A DNA stretch of 64,000 nucleotides from Podarcis liolepis (taxonomy: Eukaryota). The translations under genes and the position numbers were made by a program. The notes below the pieces were generated by a model. The model was given only the letters and a program-made list of their open reading frames with translations. It had not been told where the DNA came from and did no database searches. Position 1 is the first letter of the stretch; each line of letters starts with the position of its first letter. This document shows positions 62,301-64,000 of this stretch, one piece after another. The stretch lies in the NCBI GenBank assembly GCA_965112155.1, contig OZ218099.1, one strand, 5' to 3'.

Positions 62301-63999
62301 TGTCCTCCTGATTTGTGGTCCCACTCCAAGTGTGGCCACTTTTGGCAGCAGCAGCATTATTGACAGCAGTAGAACTTGCTGGCTCTCCCCATCCCCCTGG
62401 GCCATTTGGCGCTTTGTTATTGTTGTCGCCCCAACCTGTATTAGTTGGAACTGTTGCAGGTGGAGAGCTGACCCACCCAGATACTGAAGAGGTATTTGTA
62501 CTGTTCATGATGGACCCATCATTCTTGCCCCCCGAGTTTGAAGGCTGAGTAGCTGCACAACCCCAGGCCTCCGTTCCATTGTCATTCTTTCGTTCAGACC
62601 TTGGGGATTCTTCAAATTCCCAGGCAGTGTTTTGTTTTACAGGAGTCTGTCCCCATCCAGTGTTGGACAGAACCCTTGGGTCAAGGTCATTCCTTGGCAA
62701 CTGGACTTGTCCTTGGTCTAGCATTCCCTTGTCTCTTCTTCGAGCCTCTCCAGTTCCTTCCCTCCCAGTACTGCCTTCATTCTGACTCCCATTGCTATCA
62801 TTACTGCCTTCACTACCTGTGTTGCCAGATGCTGCAGCTTTGGCCCAAGAGTTTATTTGTTCATTGCCCTGCTGCATGGCAGGATTCTGGCTGGTAACAC
62901 TAGAGCTATCCCACCCTGTTGATCCTTTCCCATTGATGTCATTACTGGAATGCTGGTTTGGGGGCTTGCTCCATTCACCATTAACGCCATTACTGGTGCT
63001 GCGGCTTGGGTGGCCCCAAGCACCAGAATGCATATTACCAACACCACTGTTGCCACTGCCCCTGCCCCATGCTAAGATCCCAGGACCAGCAGGAGGCCCC
63101 GAATCCCATGCACTTGTTCCGTTCCCTTCCTTTTGTACAGCACTGCTGGATCCATTTTGTTTAGCACTTAATGCTGAGTTCACAGTGTCTCCATTCCCCT
63201 GACTGAACCCAGAATTGCTGTTTCCTGTGGCAGGATTACCTGGGGATATCCCCCACACTGAATTGCCCATTCCTTCACCACTTCCCCCACTGACTTGAGA
63301 AACTGATGTCCCATTAGCACCAGGAAGGCTTTGCAGGTGGGGCGGGATGATGGCCCCCATGCCAACAGCCATGCCCCAGTTCGGCAGTCCATTTGTCTGC
63401 ATTGCATTGATAGGGTTTGGTGAAGAGTTCATNNNNNNNNNNNNNNNNNNNNNNNNNNNNNNNNNNNNNNNNNNNNNNNNNNNNNNNNNNNNNNNNNNNN
63501 NNNNNNNNNNNNNNNNNNNNNNNNNNNNNNNNNNNNNNNNNNNNNNNNNNNNNNNNNNNNNNNNNNNNNNNNTCCCATTCTGGTTGCCCATGTTCTGACC
63601 TATGGCACTGACTGGACTGCAAATACTGGAAGGGTTGCCTGCTCCCACAGTTCCTTCATGTCCGAGTACAGGCCAGGCAGCTGGATTGGCATTTGGATTA
63701 AGGTTAAGATTAATGCCAGCATTTGAGTTGGAAGCACCCCAGCAATTTTGACTTCTACCATCTCCAATCATGTTGTCCATCTTTCCATCCCCACCACTGG
63801 CAGAGCAATGAGCTAAGCCAGAGTTGGAACCTGTGGCAACACCCCACACTCTGGCTGAATTTCCATTACCATTTGCTCCACCAGCTCCAAGGGCACTCTG
63901 GTTAGAAGTGCTTTGGATGAGTGCTCCATTGGTGCCATTATTGCCATTGGGTTTCTTTGTATGTCCAGTGAAGTTGCCTTGGGCACTCCCTGTAGCCAT
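15879..63999 (-). CDS. TNRC6C: Trinucleotide repeat-containing 6C (GW182 family, AGO-binding miRNA silencing scaffold); spliced CDS span, ~1717 aa including one inferred 120-nt exon
   Basis: Exon translations match recalled vertebrate TNRC6C from [16 protein letters not shown] to [12 protein letters not shown]. All visible introns have GT-AG ends with compatible phases. GW repeats, UBA, Q-rich region, PAM2 and RRM appear in the expected order. Confidence 0.97.
17672..17811 (-). CDS. TNRC6C: TNRC6C RRM exon ([23 protein letters not shown]...KSLHM)
   Basis: aattag acceptor, AT|GTATGC donor; 140 nt. Confidence 0.94.
19658..19728 (-). CDS. TNRC6C: TNRC6C exon, start of RRM ([23 protein letters not shown])
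   Basis: gtatag acceptor, CAG|GTAAGC donor; 71 nt. Confidence 0.93.
21055..21180 (-). mobile_element. CR1-like LINE 3' end fragment
   Basis: cataagaa...ctgctggatcaggccaa...catctagtccagcatcctgttctc pattern. Confidence 0.55.
22203..22397 (-). CDS. TNRC6C: TNRC6C exon ([10 protein letters not shown]...ELWKVP...SYSS)
   Basis: ttgcag acceptor, G|GTATTC donor; 195 nt. Confidence 0.93.
24396..24536. repeat. ~140-nt near-perfect inverted repeat
   Basis: GGCTACCTGAGCACAGGTCTGCATGAATGTAAATGA pairs with TCATTTACATTCATGCAGACCTGTGCTCATGTAGCC. Confidence 0.9.
26587..26703 (-). CDS. TNRC6C: TNRC6C probable cassette exon ([23 protein letters not shown]...APSIA)
   Basis: ctgcag acceptor, G|GTACGA donor; 117 nt, symmetric phase 1-1. 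Confidence 0.88.
33245..33388 (-). CDS. TNRC6C: TNRC6C exon ([12 protein letters not shown]... second half of PAM2 ...LLKSG)
   Basis: aaacag acceptor, G|GTAGAG donor; 144 nt. Confidence 0.93.
33838..34029 (-). CDS. TNRC6C: TNRC6C exon (GAIPGG...SSINWPP; first half of PAM2)
   Basis: ttctag acceptor, G|GTAACA donor; 192 nt. Confidence 0.93.
35188..35413. mobile_element. Tc1/mariner(pogo)-type MITE
   Basis: TA|CAGTGGTACCTC...GAGGTACCAATG|TA; same family as the 41419 copy. Confidence 0.82.
35474..35641 (-). CDS. TNRC6C: TNRC6C exon with CCR4-NOT-interacting motif QSRLPQW
   Basis: cctcttag acceptor, G|GTATGT donor; 168 nt. Confidence 0.93.
36079..36100. repeat. (TAT)n microsatellite
   Basis: Direct reading. 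Confidence 0.9.
36297..36528 (-). CDS. TNRC6C: TNRC6C Q-rich exon (VARTINNMQ...FAPYPL)
   Basis: tgccag acceptor, G|GTATGT donor; 232 nt. Confidence 0.93.
36814..36897 (-). CDS. TNRC6C: TNRC6C Q-rich exon ([10 protein letters not shown]...RQQEQQ)
   Basis: cttgcag acceptor, CAA|GTAGGT donor; 84 nt. Confidence 0.93.
37836..38082. mobile_element. Tc1/mariner(pogo)-type MITE
   Basis: TA|CAGTCATACCTC...GAGGTACCACTG|TA. Confidence 0.75.
38791..38938. other. 148-nt N-run, probably hiding the ~120-nt TNRC6C Q-rich exon (VQAQLLQFAAK...QLYQLQL)
   Basis: This exon, expected from recalled orthologues, is not found elsewhere between its neighbours. A minus-strand pyrimidine tract (ttcacctcttac) runs directly into the gap. 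Confidence 0.75.
39852..39998 (-). CDS. TNRC6C: TNRC6C exon (IPSGNLG...QFLSPQ)
   Basis: cccacag acceptor, CAG|GTTAGA donor; 147 nt. Confidence 0.93.
40131..40268. mobile_element. Short palindromic hAT-type MITE
   Basis: CAGTGATGGC...GCCACCACTG; near-perfect 8-bp TSD ctttaaag/gtttaaag; GACTACAA-TCCCATCA hairpin body. Confidence 0.8.
41070..41410 (+). mobile_element. CR1-like LINE 3' fragment, degenerate
   Basis: ...[11 protein letters not shown]-like ORF2 end followed by a CR1-like 3'UTR. Confidence 0.55.
41419..41898. mobile_element. Tc1/mariner(pogo)-type MITE interrupted by a SINE
   Basis: TA|CAGTGGTACCTC ... GAGGTACCA[SINE]TACCACTG|TA. Confidence 0.8.
41655..41890 (+). mobile_element. 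Squam3-type tRNA-derived SINE nested in a MITE TIR
   Basis: CCAGTGTGGTGTAGTGGTTAAGAG head, GGGTTCGCG B box, ...ATCAAATCCAAAACTC end; TACCA duplicated on both sides. Confidence 0.8.
42556..42705 (-). CDS. TNRC6C: TNRC6C exon (DGGLVEEP...NLNSSRQ); alternative in-frame acceptor at 42729
   Basis: caatcag acceptor, CAG|GTAAGG donor; 150 nt. Confidence 0.92.
44966..45007. repeat. (TA)n microsatellite
   Basis: Direct reading. Confidence 0.95.
45286..45421. mobile_element. Short palindromic hAT-type MITE
   Basis: CAGGCATAGGCA...TGCCTATGCCTG; TSD gataagaa/gacaagaa. Confidence 0.85.
45478..45510. repeat. (TG)n microsatellite
   Basis: Direct reading. Confidence 0.95.
48201..48346 (-). CDS. TNRC6C: TNRC6C exon (SALLEKKV...RPTFLDK)
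   Basis: tttttgcag acceptor, AAG|GTAGGT donor; 146 nt. Confidence 0.93.
48624..48681 (-). CDS. TNRC6C: TNRC6C exon, UBA ([19 protein letters not shown])
   Basis: tttttacag acceptor, A|GTAAGT donor; 58 nt. Confidence 0.93.
49119..49199 (-). CDS. TNRC6C: TNRC6C exon, start of UBA ([27 protein letters not shown])
   Basis: ttctcag acceptor, CCA|GTGAGT donor; 81 nt. Confidence 0.93.
49440..49570. mobile_element. Degenerate copy of the same palindromic hAT-type MITE (further copies near 5560-5690, 16650-16755, 47435-47560, 47820-47958, 51838-51937, 55620-55755)
   Basis: Shared CCCTCCAGATGTT...ACATCTGGAGGG inverted arms. Confidence 0.7.
50438..50607 (-). CDS. TNRC6C: TNRC6C exon ([10 protein letters not shown]...KKGLQK)
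   Basis: ctacag acceptor, AAG|GTAAGA donor; 170 nt. Confidence 0.93.
51227..51433 (-). CDS. TNRC6C: TNRC6C exon (GWGEMP...[11 protein letters not shown]...LCKP)
   Basis: CAGCAG acceptor (alternative start 51436), donor G|GTAAGT; 207 nt, phase 1-1. Confidence 0.9.
51530..51567. repeat. (TACA)n microsatellite
   Basis: Direct reading. Confidence 0.95.
55173..55540 (-). mobile_element. Sauria (Squam1) SINE, full length
   Basis: tRNA-like head, (ACCTTT)n tail, TSD-like AACATTAAGG flanks. Confidence 0.92.
56478..56840 (+). mobile_element. Sauria (Squam1) SINE, full length
   Basis: GGGACGCGGGTGG...GGTTCGAATCCC...ACCTTTACCTTTA; TSD-like GCACATATAG flanks. Confidence 0.92.
57022..57758. mobile_element. 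Non-autonomous hAT (Charlie-like) DNA transposon with GC-rich captured cargo
   Basis: Perfect 15-bp TIR CAGTGTTTCCCAACC...GGTTGGGAAACACTG; perfect 8-bp TSD ATCTAGAA (57014-57021 and 57759-57766); subterminal GTGTGCC motifs at both ends. Confidence 0.92.
57240..57545 (+). pseudogene. RANBP9: Captured RANBP9-like 5' fragment (CCAAT, 5'UTR, ATG at 57322, N-terminal Q/P-rich coding part) inside the hAT element
   Basis: [13 protein letters not shown]...[25 protein letters not shown] resembles the recalled RANBP9 N-terminus [13 protein letters not shown]...[23 protein letters not shown]. The sequence is low complexity, so the match needs alignment. Confidence 0.6.
59279..59318. repeat. (GT)n microsatellite
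   Basis: Direct reading. Confidence 0.95.
59441..59519. mobile_element. 79-bp mariner-like mini-MITE (hairpin)
   Basis: TA|CAGGGTGA...TCACCCTG|TA, ~32-bp inverted arms. Confidence 0.7.
61629..63999 (-). CDS. TNRC6C: TNRC6C large exon: GW-repeat AGO-binding region (exon probably begins beyond the window edge)
   Basis: [10 protein letters not shown]...[10 protein letters not shown]...SPLLGP; donor CCAG|GTATGA at 61628; contains a 140-nt N-run. Confidence 0.95.
63433..63572. other. 140-nt N-run inside the TNRC6C large exon, frame-preserving
   Basis: 47 masked codons between ...NQNG and MNSSPNP. Confidence 0.9.
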
Positions 64000-64000
64000 G

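Noticed and set aside
61731-63905. Several plus-strand ORFs overlapping the TNRC6C large exon
   Set aside because: These are antisense shadow frames of a long coding exon.

Overview
Vertebrate genomic DNA, most likely from a lacertid lizard (it carries Sauria/Squam1 SINEs and a Squam3-type SINE). The minus strand carries nearly the whole TNRC6C (GW182 family) coding region. It starts at the ATG at 63999, has 18 visible exons plus one exon inferred inside an N-run, and ends at the stop at 15879 (about 1717 aa), followed by an ~3 kb AU-rich 3'UTR. A convergent RASD4/Rhes-like small GTPase gene with an intronless CDS lies on the plus strand (3126-3752). The introns hold many SINEs, Tc1/mariner- and hAT-type MITEs, and LINE/Penelope fragments. 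The most striking item is a young non-autonomous hAT element (57022-57758; perfect 15-bp TIRs, 8-bp TSD). Its interior is a CpG island that appears to be a captured promoter/first-exon fragment of RANBP9, i.e. a Pack-hAT, lying antisense within TNRC6C. Other notable items: a Penelope-type minimal hammerhead ribozyme (873-914, minus), long intronic hairpins, an inverted SINE pair, a candidate truncating/poison exon, and two N-runs, one inside a coding exon and one where an exon is inferred. Gene and family identities come from recalled sequences, not from database searches.
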